Assembly: GCA_036005845.1 (NCBI GenBank)
Contig: DASYQD010000018.1
Location: 13,333 to 77,332, forward strand
Length of the DNA: 64,000 nt
Source: Thermoanaerobaculia bacterium
GTDB taxonomy: Bacteria > Acidobacteriota > Thermoanaerobaculia > Multivoradales > JAIOJS01
Direction: 5' to 3'
This document shows, piece after piece, positions 52,954-63,220 of this stretch. Below the pieces are notes generated by a model. The model saw only the letters and a list, made by a program, of their open reading frames with translations, was not told the origin of the DNA and did no database searches. The stretch's first letter is position 1, and every line of letters starts with the position of its first letter. Position numbers and translations under genes: made by a program.

Positions 52954-53646
52954 TCAGCGGGTGACCGTCACCGGCTGGTCGCGATACATCTGCGGGTAGA
53001 GCCGCTTGAGCGCCGCCACCTTCGGCAGGTCGTTGCGCACGATGTAAGGGTGCGTCGGGTTGTGGATGAGGAAGTCCTGGTGGTAGCCCTCGGCGGCGTA
53101 GAACGCCTTCAGCGGTTCCACCTTGGTCACGATCGGATCGTCGAAGATCGCCGCCTTGCCGAGCTGGGTGATGTAGGCGCGGGCAACGCGCTCCTGCGCC
53201 GGCGAGGCGAAGAAGATCTGCGAGCGGTAGCTCGACCCGCTGTCCGGGCCCTGGCGGTCGAGCTCGGTGGGGTCGTGGGCGACGGAGAAGTAGAGCCGCA
53301 GGAGCTGGCCGTATGACACCTTCGCGGGGTCGAAGGTGATCTCGACCGCTTCGGCGTGCCCGGTGCGCTCCGTGGTCACCTGGTCGTAGGTCGCCGTCGC
53401 CTTGTCGCCGCCCGAGTAGCCGGCGACGACCTTGGTGACGCCGTCGACGTGCTCGAACATCCCCTGCATCCCCCAGAAGCAGCCGCCGGCGAGCACGGCG
53501 ACCTCGGTGTGTTTGGCCGGCGCCACGGGCGCGTCGACCGCCGGCGCGGGGATCACTTTGTCGATGGCATCGGCGCTGGAGGAGCGGGCGAGGAAGCCGG
53601 CGGCGAGGGCGGCGCCGGCGATGGTGACGAGCAGCTTCGATCGCAT
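52954..53646 (-). CDS. msrA: peptide-methionine (S)-S-oxide reductase MsrA (exported form)
   Basis: GCFWG active-site motif. Signal peptide MRSKLLVTIAGAALAAGFLA. The track ORF is extended 53 codons upstream. Confidence 0.85.
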   Translation of the reverse strand: MRSKLLVTIAGAALAAGFLARSSSADAIDKVIPAPAVDAPVAPAKHTEVAVLAGGCFWGMQGMFEHVDGVTKVVAGYSGGDKATATYDQVTTERTGHAEAVEITFDPAKVSYGQLLRLYFSVAHDPTELDRQGPDSGSSYRSQIFFASPAQERVARAYITQLGKAAIFDDPIVTKVEPLKAFYAAEGYHQDFLIHNPTHPYIVRNDLPKVAALKRLYPQMYRDQPVTVTR

Positions 53647-53774
53647 GATTGGGTGTCTCCCTTCGACGTGGGCTGCACGACGATGGGGCGTCGGCAACGC
53701 TCCATGGTACGTCTCGCCGCTGCCGGCGGATTTCGGGAGTCGAGCCGCCAAGGGTACGCTCGTCGAAGTAGCGC

Positions 53775-54383
53775 ATGCCCTTCGCTCGCCAGCTGGCGCG
53801 GCCACGCGGATTGTTGGGCCTCCTCGCCGGCGAGGCGCTGGCCTGGCAGAACCGCGAGGTCAACGCTTGGACGCTCTCGCTGCTCGGCCTCGGCGTCGAG
53901 GACCGCATCGTCGAGATCGGCTTCGGCCCCGGCGTGGGAGTGAGACTGGCGGCGGCGCGAGCGCGGCGGGGCCTGGTGGCCGGGGTGGATCCATCGTCGA
54001 TGATGGTGCGGCGAGCGCGGTGGCGCAACCAGCGCGCGGTACGCCGCGGGCGAGTCGACCTGCGCCGCGGCACCGTGGAGGAGCTGCCGTGGGTCGACGC
54101 CACCTTCACGCACGCGTGGAGCGTCAACACGTTCTTCGAGTGGCCCGACCAGGCGGCGGGGCTCGCCGAGGTGGCGCGCGTGCTACGGCCTGGCGGCCGA
54201 CTGGCCCTCACCACGCAGGCGCGGTGGGCGCATGACGAGGCCGAGGCGAAGGACGCCACCCGCGAGGCGCTCGATCTCCTCGCTGCCGCGGGTTTCCACG
54301 AGCTCGAGGTGAAGCGGCGCCGGATGAAGCCGCTGCCCGCCGTTTGCCTCCTCGGCAGCAAGCTGGCTGTCAGCGCTGGCTGA
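53775..54383 (+). CDS. class I SAM-dependent methyltransferase (Methyltransf_11-like)
   Basis: VEIGFGPGVG motif I. 202 aa. Confidence 0.6.
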   Translation: MPFARQLARPRGLLGLLAGEALAWQNREVNAWTLSLLGLGVEDRIVEIGFGPGVGVRLAAARARRGLVAGVDPSSMMVRRARWRNQRAVRRGRVDLRRGTVEELPWVDATFTHAWSVNTFFEWPDQAAGLAEVARVLRPGGRLALTTQARWAHDEAEAKDATREALDLLAAAGFHELEVKRRRMKPLPAVCLLGSKLAVSAG

Positions 54384-55323
54384 TCGCGATCGCAGCGGAC
54401 GCCTGTCGCTCGTTGCGAAGGTGCTCGTCGAGGTAATCGAGCAGAGCAGCGTCGACGTCGGGGTCCACCTTCCGCCCGAAGTGGCATCCGCTCGCCACCA
54501 GCGCCGGCCCATCGCTCAGCCGCCAAGTGCTCGGGTGGCCGTCCTTGCCGAAGATCGTGGCGATGCAGCGACGGTGGTCGTTGGCGAACCGCAGGCCCTT
54601 CTCGCCGAGGAGCACGGTCTGCACGAAGGCTTCGTCGGGGCAGATGGTGCCTTCGAAGTAGCTCACGAGGTCGGGCTCGCCGCGGTACGCGGCCATCACT
54701 TTGTCGACCGCCACTCTTCGCAGCGTCGTCCACTGCGAGCCGCGGTAGACGGTCCTGCCGCGCAGCGCCGGGATCTCGCGCAACCGCCGGCCGAGGCGCG
54801 GTCCGTACGTCAGGTGCACCTGGAACCAGGGCTGCCAGCTGTTCGCCTTGCGCAGCACGCGCAGCAGCGGCAGCGCGCGCGGCTTGTCGACGTACTCGTA
54901 GCAGTAGCGCACGCGCCCTTGTCGCCGCCGGCCGTCCTCGAAAGGCTCGTGGATCGGGAAATAGGTCATGTACCCGTCCCACTCGCCGGCCGCGAGCTCG
55001 GCTTCGGTCTTCGCCAGCGGCTGCAGCGGGTAGTCGGCTCCCGACAAATACACGAGCCAGTCGTAGTCGACACCGCGCTTTTCGAGCAGCTCGACGGCGG
55101 TGAAGTAGGGCTCGAGCAGGCTCCAGTAGCCGCGGCGTCCCTGCCGAGCGTGGCGGAAGTGGAGCGTGTCGAGCGTCCGTAGCCGCTCCTCGTCGAGCGG
55201 CGGCGCGGTCGGGCAGTGGCCGACGACGAGCGCGGCGTCGGAGCTGCCTTCTCGCAACCGCGTGAGCAGCCGCAACACCTGGTCGGGCTGGCGGTGCGTC
55301 TGTACGAAGTAGGCGACGCGCAC
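54370..55323 (-). CDS. putative glycosyltransferase (Core-2/I-branching, GT14-like)
   Basis: 317 aa. Weak pattern similarity only (WLVYLSGADYP, DGYMTYF). Confidence 0.4.
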   Translation of the reverse strand: MRVAYFVQTHRQPDQVLRLLTRLREGSSDAALVVGHCPTAPPLDEERLRTLDTLHFRHARQGRRGYWSLLEPYFTAVELLEKRGVDYDWLVYLSGADYPLQPLAKTEAELAAGEWDGYMTYFPIHEPFEDGRRRQGRVRYCYEYVDKPRALPLLRVLRKANSWQPWFQVHLTYGPRLGRRLREIPALRGRTVYRGSQWTTLRRVAVDKVMAAYRGEPDLVSYFEGTICPDEAFVQTVLLGEKGLRFANDHRRCIATIFGKDGHPSTWRLSDGPALVASGCHFGRKVDPDVDAALLDYLDEHLRNERQASAAIAISQR

Positions 55324-55334
55324 CGGCGATCCAC

Positions 55335-56297
55335 CTAGGCCGTCGCGGCCGACGCCGCGGCGGCCTCACTATTTTCGAGCGCCCGCAGCTCGCCGAACCG
55401 TGACAGGTAATCCAGGTACAGATCGGTGATGCGGTCGAGCGACGTCGCCACCCGCACCGCCGCGAGCTGCTCGAGCGCGCGCTTCCACTCCGTGCCGCCG
55501 ATTCGCCGCTCGAGCACGGCGATCGCCGCGATCACCGCCTCGCGATCGGGATCGGTGTAGAAGGGGTAGTCGTCGCCGAGGTGCTCGCGCGCCGCTTCGT
55601 CGCGGCTGGTGAGCAGCACGGCGTTGCACGCCGCTGCCGTCGCCACTTTGTTGTTGGGCTTGTAAAGCACCTCGCGCCTGGTGCCGCGCACCGACAGGTG
55701 CGCATTGAATTCGGATGCGCGGCCGAACCAGTCGTCGAAGACGGTGGTGAGGCCCGGGATCGCCTCTTTGAACGGCAGCGAGCGCGGGTCGCCGATGAAG
55801 CCCAGCCGCAGGCGGTCGTCGGGCACGGTGCGCGGGCGGTAGCGCTCGTCCCAGTGCTGCGGGATGAGCACGGCGCCGGGGCGGCCGCCGCCGAAGTCTT
55901 CGAGCGCGCGGCGGCTCCGGAAGATCATGCCGTCCCAGGCGGCGGCGTAGCGGATGCCGCGCTTGAAGACGACGGTGTCCTGCACGTCGACGACGATCGG
56001 GTTGCCGGCGCGCTTGGAGCGCCAGAGGTCGAGCAGGTCGATGCGCTTGACGAAGACGAGGATCGCATCACGCAGGCCGGCGAGCTCGCCGGCGAAGATG
56101 GAACGCGCCGCCACGCCGCGCCGGCGCAACGCCACCGCCATCTGGTCGGCGGCGATGTCGGTCGAGCCCTTCTGGTAGTACTTGACGAAGCACACTTCTC
56201 GTGCGGGCGAGGATTGGCGCGCGGGCGAGGAGCGGCGGCTCGGCGCCGGGGCCGGGCGGGCGGAGGCGTTGGAAGCGGCCATGGGGGAGAAGGGCAC
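55335..56297 (-). CDS. hypothetical protein, possibly a glycosyltransferase-associated protein
   Basis: 320 aa with Ala/Ser/Pro-rich N-terminus. No clear motifs. Confidence 0.35.
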   Translation of the reverse strand: MPFSPMAASNASARPAPAPSRRSSPARQSSPAREVCFVKYYQKGSTDIAADQMAVALRRRGVAARSIFAGELAGLRDAILVFVKRIDLLDLWRSKRAGNPIVVDVQDTVVFKRGIRYAAAWDGMIFRSRRALEDFGGGRPGAVLIPQHWDERYRPRTVPDDRLRLGFIGDPRSLPFKEAIPGLTTVFDDWFGRASEFNAHLSVRGTRREVLYKPNNKVATAAACNAVLLTSRDEAAREHLGDDYPFYTDPDREAVIAAIAVLERRIGGTEWKRALEQLAAVRVATSLDRITDLYLDYLSRFGELRALENSEAAAASAATA

Positions 56298-56346
56298 ACG
56301 CTATCAGCAGTACACTAGGCACGCCCACTCCAGCGAGGTGCTACTC

Positions 56347-57006
56347 ATGCGCCAGCCGCCCATCGCGCTGACCGGTCGTTTGTCGCTCGCCTGCGTGCTG
56401 CTCGCGCTGTCCTCACCGCTGCTCGCGCAGTCGCAAACCACTGCAGCGCCTCCGCGGCCCGCCGCCGGCGCCGCGGTGCAGTTTGAAGACGAGGCCCTCG
56501 CCGCCGCCGACCGCGACGTGCTCGCGCGCGCCGCGCAGCAGGTCGGCCGCTGGGCGATGATCCAGCGCGTGGTGCAGGCGGTGAAGGCGCAGGAAGCGTC
56601 GCCGCCGGCGATGGAGCGCGTGCGCGCGATCGACGCGGCGTGGCAGCGCGGCGAGGACCCCGAAGGGCTCGCCACGTCGCTGGCGAAGAACGATTGCGCG
56701 CAGGCGCTGCAGACGCTGATGTCGGCCAACCCCGGCTACGGCGACGCGTATGTCACCGACCACCAGGGCGCCATCGTTTGCATGACCGACCGCACGAGCG
56801 ACTACTGGCACGGCGACGAGGAGGCGTGGACGCGCGCGTATGCGGGCGGCGCCGGCGCCGTCGTCGTCGGCAAGAACGAGCGCGACGCGACGACCGGGCT
56901 CGACGTGGTGCCGATCTCGGTGCCGATCAAGAGCGCCGGCCAGGTGATCGGTGTGCTGACGGTCGGGCGGATCGCGGCGCCGCCGGTGCACGCCTCGCCG
57001 GGTTGA
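56347..57006 (+). CDS. secreted hypothetical protein
   Basis: Signal peptide MRQPPIALTGRLSLACVLLALSSPLLAQS. 219 aa. Confidence 0.4.
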   Translation: MRQPPIALTGRLSLACVLLALSSPLLAQSQTTAAPPRPAAGAAVQFEDEALAAADRDVLARAAQQVGRWAMIQRVVQAVKAQEASPPAMERVRAIDAAWQRGEDPEGLATSLAKNDCAQALQTLMSANPGYGDAYVTDHQGAIVCMTDRTSDYWHGDEEAWTRAYAGGAGAVVVGKNERDATTGLDVVPISVPIKSAGQVIGVLTVGRIAAPPVHASPG

Positions 57007-57181
57007 TCGCGCCGCCGCGGAAACCCTTCCGCAGGCTTGTGTTATCATCGGTAGAGACTTACCTGTTCTCCGATGGCTGCAGTCCTCCCGGTTTGCCGGC
57101 CCGATGCCGGCGCTGATCGTTTCCCCCCGCTCTCCGCCAGAGGCCTTCCCGCCTGACACCCGTTACCCTTGGAGAGGAGCG

Positions 57182-57466
57182 ATGAAGAGGCTGTACGTTG
57201 GCAACCTTCCGTTCAGTGCCACCGAGGATGAGGTCCGCGACCTGTTCGAGCAGCACGGCCGCGTCCACTCCTGCTCGCTGATCAACGACCGCGAGACCGG
57301 GCAGCCGCGCGGCTTCGGGTTCGTCGAGATGGAGGAGGAGGACGCCGACTCGGCGGTCGGCGCGCTCAACGGCTACTCCCTCGGCGGCCGCGCCTTGAAG
57401 GTGAACGAGGCCAAGCCTCGCGAGCCTCGCGGCGGTGGCGGCGGCGGACCGCGCCGTTCCTGGTAG
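57182..57466 (+). CDS. RRM-type RNA-binding protein (glycine-rich tail)
   Basis: RNP1/RNP2 motifs (LYVGNLPF, RGFGFVEM). 94 aa. RBS GGAGAGGAG upstream. Confidence 0.8.
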   Translation: MKRLYVGNLPFSATEDEVRDLFEQHGRVHSCSLINDRETGQPRGFGFVEMEEEDADSAVGALNGYSLGGRALKVNEAKPREPRGGGGGGPRRSW

Positions 57467-57701
57467 CCCGCCTCCGCCGGCGGACGACCCGCAGGCTCTG
57501 GCGCTCGCGGTGCGCGAGGCCTGCCGTGCCGCGCTCGTCGAGGCGCACGAGGAGGCACTCGTCGCGGGCCTCTGCGGCGAGGGTGCGTGGGAGGCGGCGC
57601 TCGGCTCGCTGTCGCGGCTCGGCGCCGAGGAGTTGCTGGCGCGAGCGCGAAGCGGCGATCGAGAGCCGTCGGCTTCGCCCGTCGATCGGAAGTAGTCGGG
57701 G

Positions 57702-58475
57702 CTAAGCGCGCGAGGCGCGATTCGCGCGCGGCGCGGCCGGCGGGCTCGCGTCGTCGGTGACTTCCGGCGGCAGACCCGCCGGCTCGACGGCGCCGCGGTG
57801 CTGCAGCGCCCGTACCGTGACGCCGCACGTCAGGGCCCAAAGGCCGCCCACGATCCAGCCGCCGATGACGTCGGTCGGGTAGTGGACGCCGAACAGCACG
57901 CGCGTGAAGCCGATGAGGATGACGAGCGCCGCCGCCAGCGCCAGCACGTAGAGCCGCACGCGCCGGTAGGGCACGAGCCGCGCGACGAGCACCGCGATCG
58001 ACAGGTAGACGGCCGACGAGAGCAGCGCGTGGCCGCTGGGGAAGCTGGCGTTGCCGACGTGGACGAGCTGCGGCACGAGCACCGGCCGCGGGCGCGCGAA
58101 GAGGCGCTTGAGCACGTTCTCGAGCAGCATGGCGCCGCCGCCCGAACCGAGCATGGCGAGCGCCATCGCCTGTTTGCGCAGCAGCAGCAGGAAGCCGGCG
58201 GCGGCGAGCAGCACCGGCACCAGCACGGCGTGGCTGCCCAGCGCGGTGATGTCGCGCGCCGCGCTCAAGAGCCACGCCGGCCCGCGCAGGTGATCGGGCG
58301 CCGAAGGATCGCGCAACGCGCGCAGCGCCGCCTCGTCGAGCGCGCGGCTGTCGCCGTGGAGCACGGCAAAGGCGAGCGCGGCGAACAGCCAGACGCCGGC
58401 GACGACGAGCAATGCCAGCGCGAGAGCGCGGTGCTCGGGAGCGAAGCGGCGCGCGGTGGGCGGGGGCGCGGTCAT
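57702..58475 (-). CDS. PAP2-family membrane phosphatase
   Basis: KRLFARPRP, PSGH and RVLFGVHYPTDV motifs. Confidence 0.8.
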   Translation of the reverse strand: MTAPPPTARRFAPEHRALALALLVVAGVWLFAALAFAVLHGDSRALDEAALRALRDPSAPDHLRGPAWLLSAARDITALGSHAVLVPVLLAAAGFLLLLRKQAMALAMLGSGGGAMLLENVLKRLFARPRPVLVPQLVHVGNASFPSGHALLSSAVYLSIAVLVARLVPYRRVRLYVLALAAALVILIGFTRVLFGVHYPTDVIGGWIVGGLWALTCGVTVRALQHRGAVEPAGLPPEVTDDASPPAAPRANRASRA

Positions 58476-58584
58476 TGCAGGATTAGAGCCACGCGCGAGG
58501 CGCAACGACGCATCGTAGAGCGGTGCGGGCGCCGAGCGCTCCCTCGCGCCGCACCGTCAGCTGACCCGCCGGCCGCGGCGTAGG

Positions 58585-60216
58585 ATGCGCGCCGTGGAAG
58601 AGGGCCTGCGCCGCGACCTGCTGCTGCTCGCGCTCGCGGCGTCGCTGCTGTTCCTGCCCGGGCTCGGCCGGCGAGACGTGTGGAATCCCGACGAGGCGCG
58701 CTACGCCGAGGTGGCGCGCGAGATGCGCGACGCCGGCTCGTGGGCGCTGCCGCGGCTCGACGGCGAGGTCTACACGCAGAAGCCGCCGCTCTTCTTCTGG
58801 CTCATCGCCGCGAGCTCGCTGTTGACCGGCGGCGTCGACGAGACGGCGGCGCGGCTGCCGTCGGCGCTCGCCGGCATCGGCGCGGTGCTGCTCGTCTATC
58901 GGCTCGGGCGGCGATTCCACGGCCGGCGCGCGGGGCTGCTCGCCGCGGCGGTCTTCGCCACCTGCTTCAAGGTGCTCTGGCAGGCGCGCTTCGGGCAGAT
59001 CGACATGCTGCTGGCGTTCCTCGTCGCGCTGCAGCTCTGGTGGTTCGCGCGCGGCTACACCGAGTCGCGGCCGCGCTGCTACTGGCTGATGCACCTCGCC
59101 GGCGGGCTCGCGATCCTGGCCAAGGGGCCGGCGGGGTGGCTGCCGCCGCTTCTCGCCATCATCGTTTTCCTGCTCTGGAACGGCGAGCGCGGCGAGCTGC
59201 GCCGGCTGCGGCTCGGGCGCGGCGTGCTGGTGGTGGCGGCGGTGGCGCTCGCCTGGCTGGTGCCGGCGGGGATCGCCGGCGGCCGCGCCTACCTCGACCA
59301 GATCGTGATGCGGCAGAACGTGACGCGCTACGCCAACCCGTGGCACCACCGGGAGCCCTGGTACTACTACCTGACGGTGATCCCGCCCGAGTTCCTGCCC
59401 TGGTCGCTGTTCCTGCCGACGGCGGTGGTGGCGGCGCGCGGCGCCGGCGGCCGCGAGAAGAGCGGCGCGCGGCTGTGGGCGTCGTGGGCGATCGTCACCG
59501 TGGTGTTCTTCAGCCTCTCGCCCGCCAAGCGCGACGTGTACGTGCTGTCGATGTACGCCGCTCTGGCGCTGCTCGTCGGCGCGGCGCTCGATCGGCTCGC
59601 GGGACTGTGGCCGGCTCGGCGGCGGTGGGCGGTATGGCCGTTCGCGATCTTCGCGGTGCTCGTGCTGCTCATCGTGGCGGCAGTCGTCGTCGCCGGCCGC
59701 GGCCGGCCGGAAGCGGCGGCGCTCGGCGGCGACGCGTTCGTCTGGATGGTGACGGCCTCGCTGGTGCCGTTGCTGCTCGCCGCCGCGCTCGGCTGGTGGT
59801 GGGCGCGGCAAGGGCGGCTGCCGCGCGCGGTGTTCGCGGTCGCCGCGGGGATGGGCGCGCTCGAGCTGGCGCTTGCCTTCGCCATCCTGCCGCGCTTCGA
59901 TGCCGTGAAGTCGGCGCGCGGGCTGTCGCGCGAGCTGGTGGCGCGCATGCAGCCGGGCGACGTCTACGGCATCTACCCGCGCCTCGATTCGACGTTCCTC
60001 TTCTACAGCGGCCGCTACGCCGCGGACCTGCAGAGCGAGGCGGAGCTGCGCGCGTTCACCGCTCGACCCGGCCGCGTCTGGGTGCTCGCGCAACGCGACG
60101 ATTGGTCGAGGCTCGCGTCCCGGCCGCCGCTCGTCGAAGTAGCGCGCGACGCCGACCCGCGCGAGGGTTACCTGCTGCTCGCAAAACCGGAGATGAACGG
60201 CGGGCCGCGCCGCTGA
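58585..60216 (+). CDS. ArnT/PMT-like glycosyltransferase (GT83/GT39 family, undecaprenyl/dolichyl-phosphate sugar transferase)
   Basis: DEARYAEVAREM motif in first periplasmic loop, 11+ TM helices. Divergent from the PAP2 phosphatase. Confidence 0.75.
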   Translation: MRAVEEGLRRDLLLLALAASLLFLPGLGRRDVWNPDEARYAEVAREMRDAGSWALPRLDGEVYTQKPPLFFWLIAASSLLTGGVDETAARLPSALAGIGAVLLVYRLGRRFHGRRAGLLAAAVFATCFKVLWQARFGQIDMLLAFLVALQLWWFARGYTESRPRCYWLMHLAGGLAILAKGPAGWLPPLLAIIVFLLWNGERGELRRLRLGRGVLVVAAVALAWLVPAGIAGGRAYLDQIVMRQNVTRYANPWHHREPWYYYLTVIPPEFLPWSLFLPTAVVAARGAGGREKSGARLWASWAIVTVVFFSLSPAKRDVYVLSMYAALALLVGAALDRLAGLWPARRRWAVWPFAIFAVLVLLIVAAVVVAGRGRPEAAALGGDAFVWMVTASLVPLLLAAALGWWWARQGRLPRAVFAVAAGMGALELALAFAILPRFDAVKSARGLSRELVARMQPGDVYGIYPRLDSTFLFYSGRYAADLQSEAELRAFTARPGRVWVLAQRDDWSRLASRPPLVEVARDADPREGYLLLAKPEMNGGPRR

Positions 60217-60226
60217 CGGCAGCCTC

Positions 60227-60303
60227 GTCATTGCGAGGAGCGCGGCGACGAAGCAATCTCGATCTACCAGCATCGAGATCGCTTCGCTTCGCTCGCGATG
60301 ACG
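60227..60303. repeat. ~77-bp imperfect palindromic element whose left arm (37 bp) is duplicated at 8161..8197
   Basis: GTCATTGCGAGGAGCGCGGCGACGAAGCAATCTCGAT...ATCGAGATCGCTTCGCTTCGCTCGCGATGAC. The 8161 copy matches 36/37 nt and supplies the last 12 codons of the radical SAM ORF. Confidence 0.5.
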
Positions 60304-60319
60304 ATGGGGCTTCCGGCGG

Positions 60320-61243
60320 CTACGCCCGCGCGCGCTCCTTCTTCTCCTCCAGCTCTTCGAGCGTCTTCGGCCAGTCCTCCTTCATCAGCCGTGACAGCAC
60401 GCGGTCGGCGAGCAGGCGGCCGCCGGTCTGGCAGGTGGGGCAGTAGTTGGCCTCGTTCTCGGCGTAGAGGATGCGCTGTACCGGCGTGCCGCAGACCGGG
60501 CAGGGCTGGCCGTAGCGGCCGTGCACGGCCATCTGCGGGCGGAAGGCGGTGACCTTCTCGGGGAAGTTGTCGCCGGTCTCCTCGCGAAGGCGCACGACCC
60601 ATTCGCGCAGCACCTCCTGCGTCGCCGCGAAGAGCCGCGCGGTCTCCTCCTCATCGAGATCGGTCGTGCGCTTGAACGGCGACAGCTTCGCGCGGTGCAG
60701 GATCTCGTCGGAGTAGGCGTTGCCGATGCCGGAGAGGATGCGCGGGTCGGTCATCGCCCGCTTCAACGTGTGCGTCTCGGCGGCGAGCGCGGCGCGGAAA
60801 GTCTCCGGCGTGGCGTCGAGCACCTCGAGGCCGCCGCGATCGTGCGTGGCCAGGCCCGCTTCGCCGGCTACGAGGTAGAGCGAGGCGCGCTTCTTCGGGC
60901 TCGCCTCGGTGAGCAGCAGCGTGCCGTTGGGGAAGTCGAAGGCGGCGAGCCCGACCTTCTTCGGCACCGCGACCGGCGCCGCGCCGGCGGCGTGCGGCTT
61001 CCAGCGCAGCCGCCCGGCGATCATCAGGTGGAGGACGAGGAAGAGGTCGCCTTCGAGCGCGAAGACGAGCCGCTTGCCCAGCCGCCGCAGCGCGACGACG
61101 CGCTTGCCCTCGGCGCTCGAGATCGGCGGCGCGACCGAGCGCAGCAGGAACGGGCTCGCCAGCCGCACGCGCTCGAGCGTCTGGTCAAGGACCCGCGGCT
61201 GGAGCGCCTCGAGGTAGAGGACGACGTCGGGCAGCTCGGGCAT
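60320..61243 (-). CDS. formamidopyrimidine-DNA glycosylase family (Fpg/Nei) with C-terminal zinc finger
   Basis: N-terminal MPELPDV catalytic Pro2. C-terminal CPVCG...CPTCQ zinc finger. 307 aa. Confidence 0.8.
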   Translation of the reverse strand: MPELPDVVLYLEALQPRVLDQTLERVRLASPFLLRSVAPPISSAEGKRVVALRRLGKRLVFALEGDLFLVLHLMIAGRLRWKPHAAGAAPVAVPKKVGLAAFDFPNGTLLLTEASPKKRASLYLVAGEAGLATHDRGGLEVLDATPETFRAALAAETHTLKRAMTDPRILSGIGNAYSDEILHRAKLSPFKRTTDLDEEETARLFAATQEVLREWVVRLREETGDNFPEKVTAFRPQMAVHGRYGQPCPVCGTPVQRILYAENEANYCPTCQTGGRLLADRVLSRLMKEDWPKTLEELEEKKERARA

Positions 61244-61543
61244 CGCGCGCCCTACGTTACGCTCACCGGCGTGAGCGAGCGCAGCCCGAACGTTTCATTG
61301 CCGGCGAGCGACGGCGCGGCCACCACCTTCTGCTGGGACTTCTTCGGTCCGCGCGCCGAGGGTACCGCCAGGCACTTTCTTCGGCACCTGGACGAGTTCC
61401 TGCAGCGCGAGCGCGTGGAGGGTTGCGCTACGGCGGTGGAAGAGCTCCGCGCCGGACATTGGGTCGTGACCTGCCGAACGCCGGCGGAAGCGGCGACAGC
61501 CGTGCGCCAGGCGTTGCGCCCGCGGCGCGAGATCGAGCCGACG

Positions 61544-62334
61544 TGACCGCGCCCGCCGAACCCCGCGCCGCCGCGGCGGCACCCGCGACGACGCCGCCGG
61601 CGAGCGGCGCCGTCCCCAACACCGCCGCGGCGCCGCCCTGGTTCCGCGCCGTCGTTTGGGACAGCTTGCTCGGCGGCCTCTGCCCGCTGCTGCCCATTCC
61701 GTTCCTCGACGACCTCGTGCTCGCCCGCATGCGCCGCCGCATGGTCGAGCACCTGGTGAGCCGCTGGCAGGTGGCGCTGGCGCCGGCGCAGCTCGCGCTG
61801 CTCGCCGCCGGCGCCCGCCGCGGCGGGCTCGCCCGCTTCGCGGTGAAGGCCGTCATCTACCCGTTCAAGGAGATGCTGCGGAAGATCCTCTACTTCCTCG
61901 CGGTCAAGGACGCGGTCGATACCTTCTCGCTGCTCTTCCACCAGGGCTACTTGGTGCACGCCGCGCTCGCACACGGCGCGCTCGGCAGCGGCGGCGCGGT
62001 CGACGACGCGCGCGTCGCGAGCACGGCAGCCGCCGTCCACGGCACGCTCGCGGCCACCAACACGCGGCCGCTGCGGCGACTTCTCATCGGCGTGCTGCGC
62101 AACAGCCGCGACCTCGTGCGCGCCACTGTGCGTTGGCTGGCTGCACGGCTCGGGCGCCGCCGCGACGCCGCGCCGATGATGGCCGCCGTCGCCGACGAGG
62201 GCGCCTCGCGGCCCGAGCTCGGCTCGCCCGAGGCCGAGCAGCTCCTCGACCGCCTGCTGCGCGCGCTCTGGGGCGAGCGCAGTTACCTCGAGCGGCTCGA
62301 GGCCGACCTCGCGCGGCGGCTGCCGTCGCGCTGA
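61544..62334 (+). CDS. hypothetical protein
   Basis: 263 aa from GTG 61544. Conserved-looking core (FLDDLVLARMRRRMVEHL...IYPFKEMLRKILYFLAVKD). No family assignment. Confidence 0.35.
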
Positions 62335-62400
62335 GCCCTTCTCGTCGCGCTGACCTTGCCTCGTGACAAACTAGCGGGCCTTCCGCAACGTAGTGCATCT

Positions 62401-63072
62401 ATGGCTCTCGAAGCGCGCCGCCACCGACGCTACGACGTCGCCGACGTCCGCGGCAGCCTGCTGCTCTCGCTCGACGCCCGCATCCTCAACATGAGCTTGA
62501 CCGGCATGGCGATCGAGACGAGCTCGGTGCTCAAGGTGGGCGGCGACTACTGGCTGCGCCTGTCGCAGGACGGCGACCCGCTGCGCTTCAAGACCAAGGT
62601 GCAATGGTGCCGCCTGGTGCGCAACGAGAAGGACGCCGCCGGCGAGGTGCGCGCCGTCTACCAGGCCGGGCTCGACTTCCGCGACGGGCTCGACGAGCAC
62701 GCGCGGCAGGTGCTCGCCTTCCTCGAGAAGAACATCGTCGTCGAGGTCGACCGCCGGCTCACCGGCCGCTTCAACCTCGCCCAGGCGCCGACCGCGGCGC
62801 TCGCCGTGCGCCACGACTTCGAGGTGCGCCGGTTGAGCCTCGGCGGCATGATGGTGGAGACGGTCTGGGACCCGGCGCTCGACTCCATCGTCGACCTCGA
62901 GGTGCAGACCGGCCGCGGCGTCGTGCACACGCGCGGCCGCGTGCGCTCGGTGCTGCCCGCCATCGGCGATCCCAACGGGCCGCCCGTCTTTGCCGTCGGC
63001 CTGGCGTTCGTCGGCCTGGCGCCCGAGGACCAGCGCTCGCTCACCGCGCTGGTCGAGACCCTGCTCGAGTAG
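62401..63072 (+). CDS. PilZ-domain protein (c-di-GMP receptor family)
   Basis: RRHRRY...DLS.TGM motif near the N-terminus and a second PilZ-like repeat. 223 aa. Confidence 0.65.
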   Translation: MALEARRHRRYDVADVRGSLLLSLDARILNMSLTGMAIETSSVLKVGGDYWLRLSQDGDPLRFKTKVQWCRLVRNEKDAAGEVRAVYQAGLDFRDGLDEHARQVLAFLEKNIVVEVDRRLTGRFNLAQAPTAALAVRHDFEVRRLSLGGMMVETVWDPALDSIVDLEVQTGRGVVHTRGRVRSVLPAIGDPNGPPVFAVGLAFVGLAPEDQRSLTALVETLLE

Positions 63073-63088
63073 GCGTCGGCCGCCCGGC

Positions 63089-63146
63089 TTGACAGCCGCG
63101 GCGGAGCGACGCTATCTTGTTAGCAGCCAACCGCGGTGAGTGCTAA
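63089..63146 (+). promoter_or_regulatory. groESL promoter (TTGACA-18-TATCTT) with CIRCE/HrcA operator TTAGCAGCC-N9-GAGTGCTAA
   Basis: CIRCE inverted repeat at ~63120-63146 matches the consensus TTAGCACTC-N9-GAGTGCTAA in 7/9 + 9/9 positions. Confidence 0.75.
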
Positions 63147-63220
63147 TCGCGCTCGTAAAGACCGCGCCGGCCAAATACCGCAAATCGAGCCTTTTCAGCC
63201 AGTTGTCAAACGTGTCGTAA

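Noticed and set aside
57435-57695. 86-aa ORF overlapping the 3' end of the RRM gene
   Set aside because: Plausible small acidic protein, but it overlaps a confident gene and has no motif or RBS support.
61268-61546. small ORF upstream of the Fpg/Nei gene on the opposite strand (..TFCWDFFGPRAEGTARHFLRHLDEFLQRERVEGC..)
   Set aside because: Protein-like, but the start codon is unclear and it is the tail of a long alternate-frame ORF (60521..61546). Left unannotated.
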